Below, in pieces: positions 1-11,000 of a stretch of 64,000 bases of DNA; the stretch's first letter is position 1; the number at the start of each line of letters is the position of its first letter. The notes beneath the pieces are model-generated. The model saw nothing but the letters and a program-made list of their open reading frames with translations. It was not told the origin of the DNA and made no database searches. The stretch lies in the NCBI RefSeq assembly GCF_009914755.1, contig NC_060947.1. One strand, 5' to 3'. The translations under genes and the position numbers were made by a program. Origin of the DNA: the human T2T-CHM13v2.0 reference genome, Homo sapiens.

Positions 1-1740
1 ATCAATATTGTTAAAATGTCCATAGTACCCAAAGCAATTCACAGATTCAATGCAATCCCTATAGAAATATCAATGACATTCTTAACAGAAATAGAAAAAA
101 AAATCCTAAAATTTGTATGGAACCACAAAAGACCCAGAATAGTCAAATCTATCCTAAGAAAAAAGACAAAACTGATGGAATCACATTGTCTGAATTCAAA
201 TTATACTACAGAGCTATAGTAACCAAAGCAGCATGGTACAGACACATGGAACAATGAAACAGAATAGAAGATGCCGAAAAAAATACACACACCTGCAGTG
301 AACTCATTTGTGATGAAGGTATCAAGAACATACAATGAGGAAAAGACTGTCTTCTCAATATATGATGCTGAGAAAACTGGATATCCACATGCTGAAGAAT
401 TAAACTAGATCCCTATCTCTCCATATACAAAAATTAAATCAAAATTGATTAAAGACTTAAATCTAAGACCTGGAACTATAAAACTACTACAAGAAATAAT
501 TGGGGAAAATCTCCAGGACACTTTTCTGGGCAAACATATATTGAGCAATACCCCACAAGCACAGGCCACCAAAGCAAAAATGCACACATGGGATCACATC
601 AAGTTTAAAAGCTTCTGCACAGCAAAGGGCATAATAAACAAAGTGAACATAGAAGACAAAGAATGGGAGAAAATATCTGCAAACTACCTGTCTGACAAGG
701 GATTAAAAAAACATAATATACAAGCAGCTCAAAGAACTCTATAGAAAAAAAATCTAATAATCAGATCAAAAAAATGGGCAAAAGATTTGCATACACATTT
801 CTCAAAAGAAGACATACAAATGGCAAATAGGCATATGAAAAAGTGCTTAACATCATTATAGAAATGCAAATCAAAACTACAATGAGATATTATCTCACTC
901 CAATTAAAATGGCTTATATCCAAAAGACAGACAATAACAAATACTAGTAGGGGTGTGGAGAAAAGGGAACACTGCTAATACAACCACTATGGAGAACAGT
1001 TTGGAGGTTCTTCAAAAAATTACAAATTGAGCTACCATATGATCCAGCAATCCCACTGCTGAGTATATACCCAAAAGAAGGGAAATCAGTATATAAAGAG
1101 ATATCTGCGCTCTCATGTTTGTTGCAGCAGTGTTCACAATAGCCAAGGTTGGGAAGAAACCTAAGATTCCATCAACAGATAAATGGATAAAGAAACTGTG
1201 GTACATATACACAGTGGAGTACTATTCAGCCATAAAAAGGAATGAGAACCCTCATTTGCAACAACATGGATGGAACTGGAGGTCATTATGTTAAGTAAAA
1301 TGAGCCAGGCACAGAAATACAATGTTCTCACTTATTTGTAGGAAATAAAAATCAAAACAACTGAACTCATAGATATAGATCGCAGAAGGATGGTTACTAT
1401 TATCCAGGAAGGGTAGTAGGGAGTTAGGGGGAGAGGGGTGGGGATGGTGAATGAGAACAAAAAATAGTTAGAAAAAATGGAAAAGACCAACAATTTGATC
1501 GCACAACGGAGTGACTATCGTCAATAATAACTTAATTGCAAATTAAAAAATAAAGAGTGTAATTAAATTGTTTGTAACTCAAAGGATAAATGCTTGAGGA
1601 GATGGATACCCCATTCCCCATGATGTGTTTATTTTGTATTCCATACTTGCATCAAAACATCTCATGTACCCCATAAATATATACACCTGCTATGTACTGT
1701 ATGCGGGTACTATGAACCTACAAATAATAAAAGTAAAAAT
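1..1740 (+). mobile_element. L1 3' portion (late ORF2 + 3'UTR), L1MA1-3-like, running off the left edge
   Basis: ORF2-like peptides ([17 protein letters not shown]; WDHIKFKSFCTAK) broken by stops and frameshifts. The L1MA-type 3'UTR ends in an A-rich tail at about 1725-1740. Confidence 0.9.
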
Positions 1741-1904
1741 TTTGTTTACCAGCTCACTAGTCTCAGCATCTAGCTTTTTTCTTCACAGTTTTTCTTGATG
1801 TCTCTTTTCTCTTCATCCTGTATTATTTCTTTATTATATATGTACTATGTAATATTTATACATAATAATATTAAAATACTGAATAATATTTTCAATATCA
1901 TAGT

Positions 1905-2120
1905 TAAAACGTGCTTAGCACATATTTGCTTAGTGATATTTTAAATATTTTATATGAATTAAGCAATTCAGTCTTCACAAGAACCCTATGAGGTAGGTAC
2001 TGTTACAATTTTCATGTTATATGTGGAGAAACTGATGTACAGTGTTGTTACTGACTTACCAAAATCTAATAGCTAGTAAGTGATGAAGCTGAGGTTTAAA
2101 TCTATGCAGCTTGCTTCCTA
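1905..2120 (-). mobile_element. MIR SINE
   Basis: cttcacaagaaccctatgaggtaggtactgttac...gagaaactga is the reverse complement of the MIR core. Confidence 0.8.
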
Positions 2121-2159
2121 CATAAAACATGTTCTCTTTCCACAACATTATACTGGTAG

Positions 2160-2480
2160 AAAAATCAAAGAACACAGATAAATCAAAGTAAATATTATTT
2201 TAAAATCACACATTTCCACCTATCAGACATAGTCACTATTAACATTTTGGTTTTACTTTCCTTTATGTGTATGATTTTCATAGCATGATTAAATACGTAT
2301 AATTTTGTAGCCAATTTTTAAGTAACAATATAGCATAAACAATGTTTCATGCCAAGCACACCTATGTATTATGATTCATAATGATTACATAGTACTAATT
2401 TATTTGGTTTACTATTCTTACGTAGGATTATTTTCTATTTTTTATTCTAATCAGTTTTGTGATAAAATTTTTATATAGTG
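2160..2480 (-). mobile_element. Ancient L1ME-like 3'UTR fragment
   Basis: Degenerate similarity (atcacacatttccacc...cactattaacattttgg...aacaatatagcataaaca) to reverse L1ME 3' ends. Confidence 0.45.
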
Positions 2481-2489
2481 TATATAGCC

Positions 2490-4868
2490 ACATATGATTT
2501 GATTCTCTGTCCCCACCCAAATATCACCTTGAATTGTAATCTGCATAATCCCCCACGTGTTGTGGGAGAGACCCTGTGGGACGTAAGTGAATCATGGGAG
2601 TGGTTTCTCCCATGTTGTTCTCATGATAGTGACTGAGTTTTCATGAGATCTGATGGTTTTATAAATGTCTGGTATGTCTCCTTCTGGCACTCATTCTCTC
2701 TCATGCTGCCCTATGAAGAGGTGCCTTCCACCATGATTATGTTTCCTCAGGCCTCCCCAGTCATGTGGAACTGTGAATCAATTAAACCTTTTTTTATATA
2801 TACAAATTACACAGTCTCAGGCATTTCCATAGCAGTGTGAGAACAGACTAATACAGTAAATTGGTACTGAAATAGTGGGGCACTGCTGTAAGAATACCCA
2901 AAAATGTGGAAGCAACTTTGGATGTGGGCAGTTTGGAGGGCTCAGAATAAATAAGACAAAATTATGGGAAAGTTTGGAATTTCCTAGTGACTTGGAGGGC
3001 TCAGAAGACAGCAAGATGGGAAAGTTTGGAACTTCCTAGTGACTTGTTGAATGTCTTTGACCAAAATGCTGATAGTGATACGGACAATGAAATGAAGGCT
3101 GAGGTGGTCTCAGATGGAGATGAAAAACTGGTTGGGAAGTGGAGTAAAGGTCAATCTTACAATATTTTAGCAAAGAGACTGGTGGCATTTTGCCCCTGCC
3201 CTAGACATCTGTGGAACTTTGAACTTGACATAGATGATTTAGGGTATCTGGTGGAAGAAATTTCTAAGCAGCAAAGGATTAAATATGTGACCTGGATTAT
3301 CCTGAAAGCATTCAGATTTATGCATTCACAAGGAGATGGTTTGAAATTGGAACCTATGTTGAAAAGAAAAGTAGAGCATAAAAGTTTGGAAAATTTGCAG
3401 CCTGATGATGCAAAAGAAAAGCAAAACCCATTTTATGGGGAGAAGTTAAAGCCTGCTACAGAAATTTGCATAAGTAACAAGGAGCCAAATGTTAATCACA
3501 AAGACAATGGGGAAAATGTCCTGAGGCCATGTGAGAGACTTTATAGCAGCCCCTCCTATCTCAGGCCCAGAGGCCTAGGAGGAAAAGATTGTGTGGCATG
3601 TCCCAAGCACCTCGCCCCCCTTCTCTGCTCTGTGCAGTCTCAGGACATGGTGCCCTACAACCCAGTTGCTTCAGCTAGAGCCATGACTAAAGGGAGTCAA
3701 GGTACAGTTCAGGCCATTGTTTTAGAGGGTGCAAGCCACAACCCCTGGCAGCTTCCATGTGGTGTTGAGCCTGTGGGTGCACAGAAGTCACAAATTGAGG
3801 TTTGGGAACCTCCACCTAGATTTCAGGGGATGTATGGAAACTCCTGAATGTCCAGGCAGAAGTTTCCGCAGGGGCAGAGCCCTCATGGAGGACCTCTGCT
3901 TGGGCAGTGCAGAAGGAAAATGTGGGGTTAGAGCCCCCACACAGAGTCCCCACTGGGGCACTGCCTATTGGAGTTATGAGAAGAGGGCCACCATTCTCCA
4001 GACTCCGGAATGGTAGATCTACTGAGAGTTTGCACTGTGCACCTGGAAAAGCCACAGACACTCAATGCCAGCCCGTGAAAGCAGCTGGGAGAAGGGCTGT
4101 ACCCTGCAAAGCCACAGGACTGGAGCTGCACAAGGCCATGGGAGCCCACCTCTTGCATCAGCATGCCCTGGATGTGAGACATGGTGTCAAAGGAGATTAT
4201 TTTGGAACTTTAATGTTTAGTGACTGCCCTGTTGGATTTCAGAATTGCATGGGGCCTGTAGAGCCTTTGTTTTGGCGAATTTCTCCCATTTGGAATGGGT
4301 GTATTTATCCAATGCCTGTACCTCCATTGTATCTAGGAAGTAACTAACTTGCTTTTGATTTTACAAGCTCATAGGCAAAAGGGGCTTGCCTTGTCTCAGA
4401 TGAGACTTTGGACTTGGACTTTTGAGTTAATGCTGGAATGAGTTAGGACTTTGGAGGGCTATTGGAGGGGCTTAATTGTGTTTTGAACTGTGAGGACAAG
4501 AGATTTAGAAGTGACTAGGGGCAGAATTATATGGCTTGGCTCCACGTCCTCAAGCAAATCTCACCTTGAACTGTAATCCCCATAATCCCCACATGTCATG
4601 GGAGGGACTCCATAAGAGGTAATTGAATCATGGGGGTGGTTTCTCCCATGCCATTTTTATGACAGTGAGTGAGTTCTCATGAGATCTGATGGTTTTATAA
4701 GTGTCTGGCATTTCCCCTGCTGGCACACATTCTCCTGCCACCCTGTGAAGAAATGCATTCCACCACGATTGTACGTTTCCTGAGGCCTCCCCAGCCATGT
4801 GGAAGTGTGACTCAATTAAAACTCTTTTCTTTATAAATTACCCAGTCTCATGTATTTCTTGACAGCAG
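2490..4868 (+). mobile_element. THE1 (THE1C/D-like) MaLR element: 5'LTR ~2490-2855, internal 2856-4526, 3'LTR 4527-4868 (last ~20 bp missing)
   Basis: Both LTRs carry the THE1 motifs ccccacccaaat-tcaccttgaa and aattaaa; the 5'LTR ends gactaataca. The internal region starts gtaaattggtac and carries MaLR ORF remnants at 2987-3847 and 3907-4347. Confidence 0.93.
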
Positions 4869-5190
4869 ATCACCTGAGGTCAGGAGTTTGAGACGAGCCT
4901 GGCCAACACAGAGAAATCCTGTCTCCACTAAAAATCCAAAAACTTAGCTGGGCATGGTGGCACATGCCTGTAATCCCAGCTGCTCAGGAGGGTGAGAGAA
5001 TTGCTTAAACTTGGGCGGCAGAGGTTGCAATGAGCCAAGATCGTGCCATGACACTGCAGCCTGGGTGACAGAGCAATACTCCATATCAAAAGAAAGAAAG
5101 AAAGAAAGAAAGAAAAGAAAGAAAAGAAATGAAAGAAAGAAAGAAAGAAAGAAGGAAAGAAGGAGAGAAAGGAAGGAAGAAGGAAAGAAA
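4865..5190 (+). mobile_element. AluS, 5'-truncated, with its tail expanded to (GAAA)n/(GGAA)n
   Basis: gatcacctgaggtcaggagtttgagac...gcctgggtgacagagc to ~5087, followed by a purine microsatellite at 5088-5190. Confidence 0.92.
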
Positions 5191-7556
5191 GGCATCGAAA
5201 CAAAAACCATGTGATCATTTCCACAGAGGCTGAGAAAACATTCAATACAATTCAACATCCATTTCTGATAAAAAAAAAAAACTCTCAGCTAAATGTGTAT
5301 AGAGGGAATATACTGCAAAAACAATAAAGGCCATATATAACAAACCCATAGCTAATACCATACTGAATGGGGAAGATTTCAAAGGCCTATCTCTAATACT
5401 TAGAACAAGACAAGGGTGCCCACTTTTACCACTTTTATTCAACATTGTAATGGAAATTCTAGCCAGATAAATTAGGAAAGAGAAAAAAATTAAGGGCATA
5501 GAAACTGGGAAAGAAAAGTCAAATTATTCTTGTTTGCATATGACAGGATTTATATTTAAAATAGCCTAAATTCTGCACTAAAAACTGTTAGAACTAATGA
5601 ACAAATTCAGTAAAGTGGCAGGATACAAAATCAACATGCAAAAACAGTAGCAGTTTTGTATACCAACAGTGAAAATCTGAAAAAAAAAAAAAAAAAAAAA
5701 AAAAAAAGAAACCAAAAAAGCAATCCAATTTACAATAGCTCCAAAAAGTAAAAGACACAGGAATAAAGTTAACCGAAGACTCTAATATGAAGCCTATTAA
5801 AACACTTGTTACAGAAATTGAAAAGGACTCCAAAAATAGAAAAATATCCTATTCTCATTGATTAGATGAAGGAATATTGTTCAAATATCCATATTTTCCA
5901 AAGTGACCTTCAGATTCAATGCAATCCCTAGCAAAATATCAATGAAATTATTCACAAAGAATCATAAAATTCACATGAAGTCACAAAAGATGCTGAATAG
6001 CTAAAGCAAACCTGAGTAAAAAAAAGCAAAGCTGAGGCATCACACTACCTGACTTCAAACTATACAGAAAGCTATATAATAACCAAAACACCATGTTACT
6101 GACATTAAAAAATCCCCACATATATTAGTGGAACAGAATAAGGGAATGCAGAAATAAACTCACTCCCTATAGCCAACTGATTTTCAACAAAGGTGCCAAG
6201 AACATATATTGAGAAAATGACAATTTCTTCAATAAATGGTGCTGGAAAAACTAGATATTCATATGCAAAAGGGAAAAACTAGATATTCATATGCAAAAGG
6301 GTAAAACTAGACCTCCATTTTTCACTATATACAAAAATCAAATCAAAATAAATGAAATATTTTAAGGTAAGTCCTGGATCTATGAAACTACCAGAAGAAA
6401 ACATTGAGGAAATGCTTCATGATATTGGTCTGGACAAAGAGTTTCTGTGTAAGACCTTGAAAGCACAGGCAACAAAAGCAAAATACAGAAATAGGATTAC
6501 ATCAAGGTAAAAATCTTGTGCACAGGAAAAAAAATCAAAAAAGTTAAGTGATAACCTACAGAATAAGAGAAAATATTCACAATCCATCTGAAATGAGATT
6601 AATGACCAAAATATATAAGGAACTGAAACTACTCAATAGCAAAATAAAAATAATCTAATTTAAAAATTGGCAAATTATCTGAATACACATTTCAGAAAGA
6701 AGATACTAATGGCCAACAAGTGTATTTTTAGAAATACTCAACATTACTAATGATCATGGAAATGCAAATCAAAACCACAATGAGATATCAGCTCACCTCA
6801 GTTAAAATGGCTCTTATTACAAAGACAAATATAACAAATATTTTGTGATGATATAAATTAGTAGAGCCACTATGGAAAATAGTATGGATGTTCCTCAAGA
6901 AAACTAAAAATAAAACTACTACATGTCCCAGCATTCCCAGTACTGAGTATATATCCAAAAGAAAGGAAATTAATATATCAAAGAAATATCAGCACTTCAG
7001 TGTTTATTGCACTATTCACAATAGCCTAGATATGGAAATAATCTTAGTGTTCATCAACATTCAAGTGGATGAAGGAAATGTGGTCTATAATTGCAGCAAC
7101 ATGGATGGAATTTGAAGACATTATGTAAAGTGAAATGAGTCAGGCACAGATAAACGAACATTGCATGTTCTCACTCATATGTGGGACCTAAAAAGGGTGA
7201 TCTTATGAAGGTAGAGAGTAAAATGATGGCTATCAGTCTTGGAAGTGTTGGGAGGAAGAGGGGTGAAGGGAGGTTGGTTAATGGGTACAACAATACAGTT
7301 AGATAGAAGGAATGAACTCTAGTGTTTAATAAAACTATAAGATAACTATAGATAATACTTTATTATGAATTTCAAAAGAGCTAGAAAAAAAGATTTGAAA
7401 TAGTTTCAAAACAAAGAATTAGTCAATGTTTGAGGTCACAGATATCCTAATTACCCTCATATGATTAATATACATTGTATGTGTATATCAGAATATAACA
7501 AATACCTGACAGATATGTAAAAGTATTAAGTATTAATAAAAATATTTAAAAATTTA
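5191..7556 (+). mobile_element. L1 (L1MA4-6-like), ORF2 RT region to 3' end
   Basis: Begins in the RT region (aaaaaccatgtgatcatttccacagaggctgagaaaacattc), continues as degenerate ORF2, then an L1MA 3'UTR (gggtacaacaatacagttagatagaagg) and A-rich end. Confidence 0.88.
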
Positions 7557-7589
7557 AGAAGAGAAAGTACAATAAGGACTTTGCCATAT

Positions 7590-8050
7590 TAAAAATAAAA
7601 GACTGAGCATATTTTGCCAGCAAAACTGCCTTACTAGAAACACTAAATGAGGGACAGGCAGTCACACTAGATGGTACCTTGATCCACACAAAGAAATAGT
7701 GCCAGTAAAAGTATTATAAAAATATAGATAACTTTTGAAAATGTGTAAATATTTTCCTTTATTCTGATTTTAAAATATGTAAAAGATAACCACATAAAAG
7801 ATAATTATAAAGTGCATTATTAGAGTTGTAAAATATTGGCATAGTATGTATAAAAACAATTACATACATGAGGGAATGTTATCAAACTCTATTAGGGAAT
7901 ATTTTTATATTTTACTATAATTAAGATAAGGTAATGATAACTAAAGGTAGATATTATAATTTATTGAACAACAATTAAGGAAATAACTAAAAATAGTAAA
8001 CAACAATACTAACACAAAGTATATAAACTGGTACAGTAGAAAATATTAAT
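7590..8050 (+). mobile_element. Ancient L1M fragment (ORF1 end / inter-ORF region)
   Basis: gactgagcatattttgccagcaaaactgccttactagaaacactaaa...gatccacacaaagaaat resembles the ORF1 terminus of old L1M. Confidence 0.5.
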
Positions 8051-8056
8051 TTACAG

Positions 8057-11000
8057 TGAGGAGGAATATTTCCCACCAAGAGACTGGGACATCTGGATAT
8101 CTGGGAAACTCTGAGCAGATCTTCAGAGGGAAGCCATTGAGAGTGCATGGTGGGAGAAAGCAGAAGCTGGGGTGAAGGGGGACAAAGCTGGGAACCTTTC
8201 TTGGGGTGACCAAGTGCCAGAACTTGTTCCTGGTCCCTCAACAACTCCTGAGGAAGGGATGAGTTGAACAGGTAAGAAGTGACATAGACCTCCAGAATTG
8301 TAGCAGCAGGAGATTCCATAACCTCCAGAAACACTGGACCTGACAGAGAGAGAGCTGCTCAGAGAGGTGCAAAGGCAGGACTCCAGCCTGTGCAGAGCCA
8401 AGAAGATTTGGCATAAGAATGGCTGGAGTGGAGCACAGCCAGAGATGCCCATCCCCCAAGGCTCACCATGCATCTTTAGGAGAATTTAGCCTTAGGGTTA
8501 CTGTCCGACCTGGACAAAGCAGGGGAGCCTTGCCTGTGGGATGGAGCACCCTCCCCACTGCTGTGCAAGTGCACGTGCACAGATGGACCTCACCACTCCT
8601 ACCCCACCAACATGGCTGCACACACAACCTGTGCATTCCTGCCATTGGTGGCAGCACACACAAAGACCAGCAACCCCCCCCCCCCCATTCTGTGCCACTC
8701 ATGCCACTGGCATAAACGTGCACATGGATGCTGACAATGCCACCCACACAGGTACCTGGCTCTAGCATGTGTAGCCCACTGGACTGTTGCAGTTGCTGGC
8801 ACACATGACAAGCACAGATTCCACTGCCATTATCCTGATGAAACACTTTGGCTGAAACCACCCATCAGAATGTAAGTGGCCAGAGGAAAAAAAATTGAAA
8901 GCCCCACATAAATGATAGCAAGTTCAAAAAAGAAGTCTCAGCTCCCTCAGAAGACCAGGAATCAGCAGAAGAACTCTAGCAATGGAAAAAGGCAGAGTAT
9001 TACATTACCTCCAAAGGATTGCACTTGCTCTCCAGCAATGGATCATTACTAGATTGAGGTGTCTGAAATGACAAATATAGAATTCAGAATATGGATGGCA
9101 ATGAAATTCAATAAGATGCAAGAGAAGGTTGAAATCCAATACAAAGAAGTCAGGAAAATGATCAAAGATTTGAAAAATAACAGATCTCTACTAACAAATA
9201 ACTAAACAGAACTTCTGGAGATAAAAAATTCACTACAGAAATTTCAAAGCACAGTGGTAAGCCTTAAAAATGGAGTATATCAAGCAGAAGAAAGAATTTC
9301 AGAGCTCAAAGACTGGTATTTCAAACCAACCCGGTCAGACAAAAATAAGGAAAAAAGAATTTTAAGAAAACAAAGGCTTTGAGAAATATGAGATTATGTA
9401 AAGGGATCAAACCTATGAATTATTGGCATTCCTGGAAGAGAGGAGAAGAATTTAAGCAGCTTGAAAAATGTATTTAAAAATATAATCTGGGATAATTTCT
9501 CCAACTTTGCTAGAGTGGACAATAGGAAGATATAAGAAATCAAGAGAACTCCTGAGAGACACTATAAAAGACAGCCATCCACGAGGCACATAGTCATAAG
9601 ACTGTTTAAAAAAATGGAAAAGAAGAAAATCTTTAAGTCAGTTAGAGAATAGAACCATATTACCTATAAACGGTATCCCATCACACTAACAACAGACTTC
9701 TCAGAGGAAAACTTACAATGCAGAAGAAATTCAGGGCCTATTTTTGGCATTCTTAAAAAAAATGAAAGTGAAGAATTTTATATCTCTTCCAGCTAAACTT
9801 TATAAATAGAGGAGATATAAAGTTTTTTTTTTCCCCAGGCAAGCAATCACTAAAAGAACTTGTCACCACCAGACCAGATCTACAAGAGATACTTAAGGAA
9901 ATTCTAAACATGGAAACAAAAGAATGATACTTGCTACCATAAAAGCACAAGAAAATGCATAGTCTACAGACAAAGCAGCTAGCTAACAGCACTACAAGAG
10001 TAACAAAATCTCACATATGAATATTAACCTTGAATATAAATGGCCTAAATTTTCCACTTTAAAGACTTTGGGTGTCAAATTAGATTAAAGAAACAATACC
10101 CAACCTTCTGCTGTCTTCAAGGAATCAATCAAACATGTAATGGCATCCATAGGCTCAAAGTAAAGGGATGAAGAAAGATTTATCACACAAATGGAAAACA
10201 AAAAAGAGCAAAGATTGCTATTCTTATATCAGATAAAACAGTCCTTAAAACAACAACAGTTAAAAAGGACAAAGGCAAGACAAAATGATACAGGGTTCAA
10301 TTCAAAAAGAAGATTTAACTATTTAAATATAAATGAGACAAACATTGGAGCACCCAGATTTATAAAACAATTACTGCTAAACCTAAGAAAATACTTAGCC
10401 ACACACAAACAGTGGGGGACTTCAACACCACAATGAAGGCATTAGACAGATTATTGAGGCAAAATACTAAAAAAGAAGTTCTGGACTTAAATTTACCACC
10501 TGACCCATTGAAACTAATACATCTACAGAATAATCCACTTAACCACAGAATATACATTCTTCTCATCTGCACATGGATCATAATCTAATGTTGACCACAT
10601 GCTGGGTCATACAGCAAGTCTCAATAAATTTAAGAATATCAAAATCAAACCAAGCATCTTCTCAAAATAGTGGAATAATAATGAAAATTAATACCTAGGT
10701 GAGCTCTCAAAACCAAAAAATACATGGAAACTAAACAATTTGCTACAGAATGACCTTTGAGTAAACAACAAAAGTAATGCAGAAATTAAAAAAAAATATT
10801 TGAAAGAAATAAAAAGAGTGACACAATATACCAAAGCCGCTGGGATGCAGCAAAAGCAACGTTAAGGGGAGAGTTCATAGTGTTAAACGCCTACATCAAG
10901 AAGATAGAAAGATCTCAAGTTAACAACTTTACATCACACCTAGAAGAACTAGAAAAACAAAAACAAACTAAACCCAAACTTAGCAGAAGATAAATAATTA

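Noticed and set aside
4928-5258. F/S/L-rich and K/E/R-rich ORFs
   Set aside because: They are translations of the Alu and its (GAAA)n tail.
7987-8861. Cluster of overlapping ORFs in a GC-richer island
   Set aside because: This is the L1 5'UTR; stop-poor composition explains the frames.
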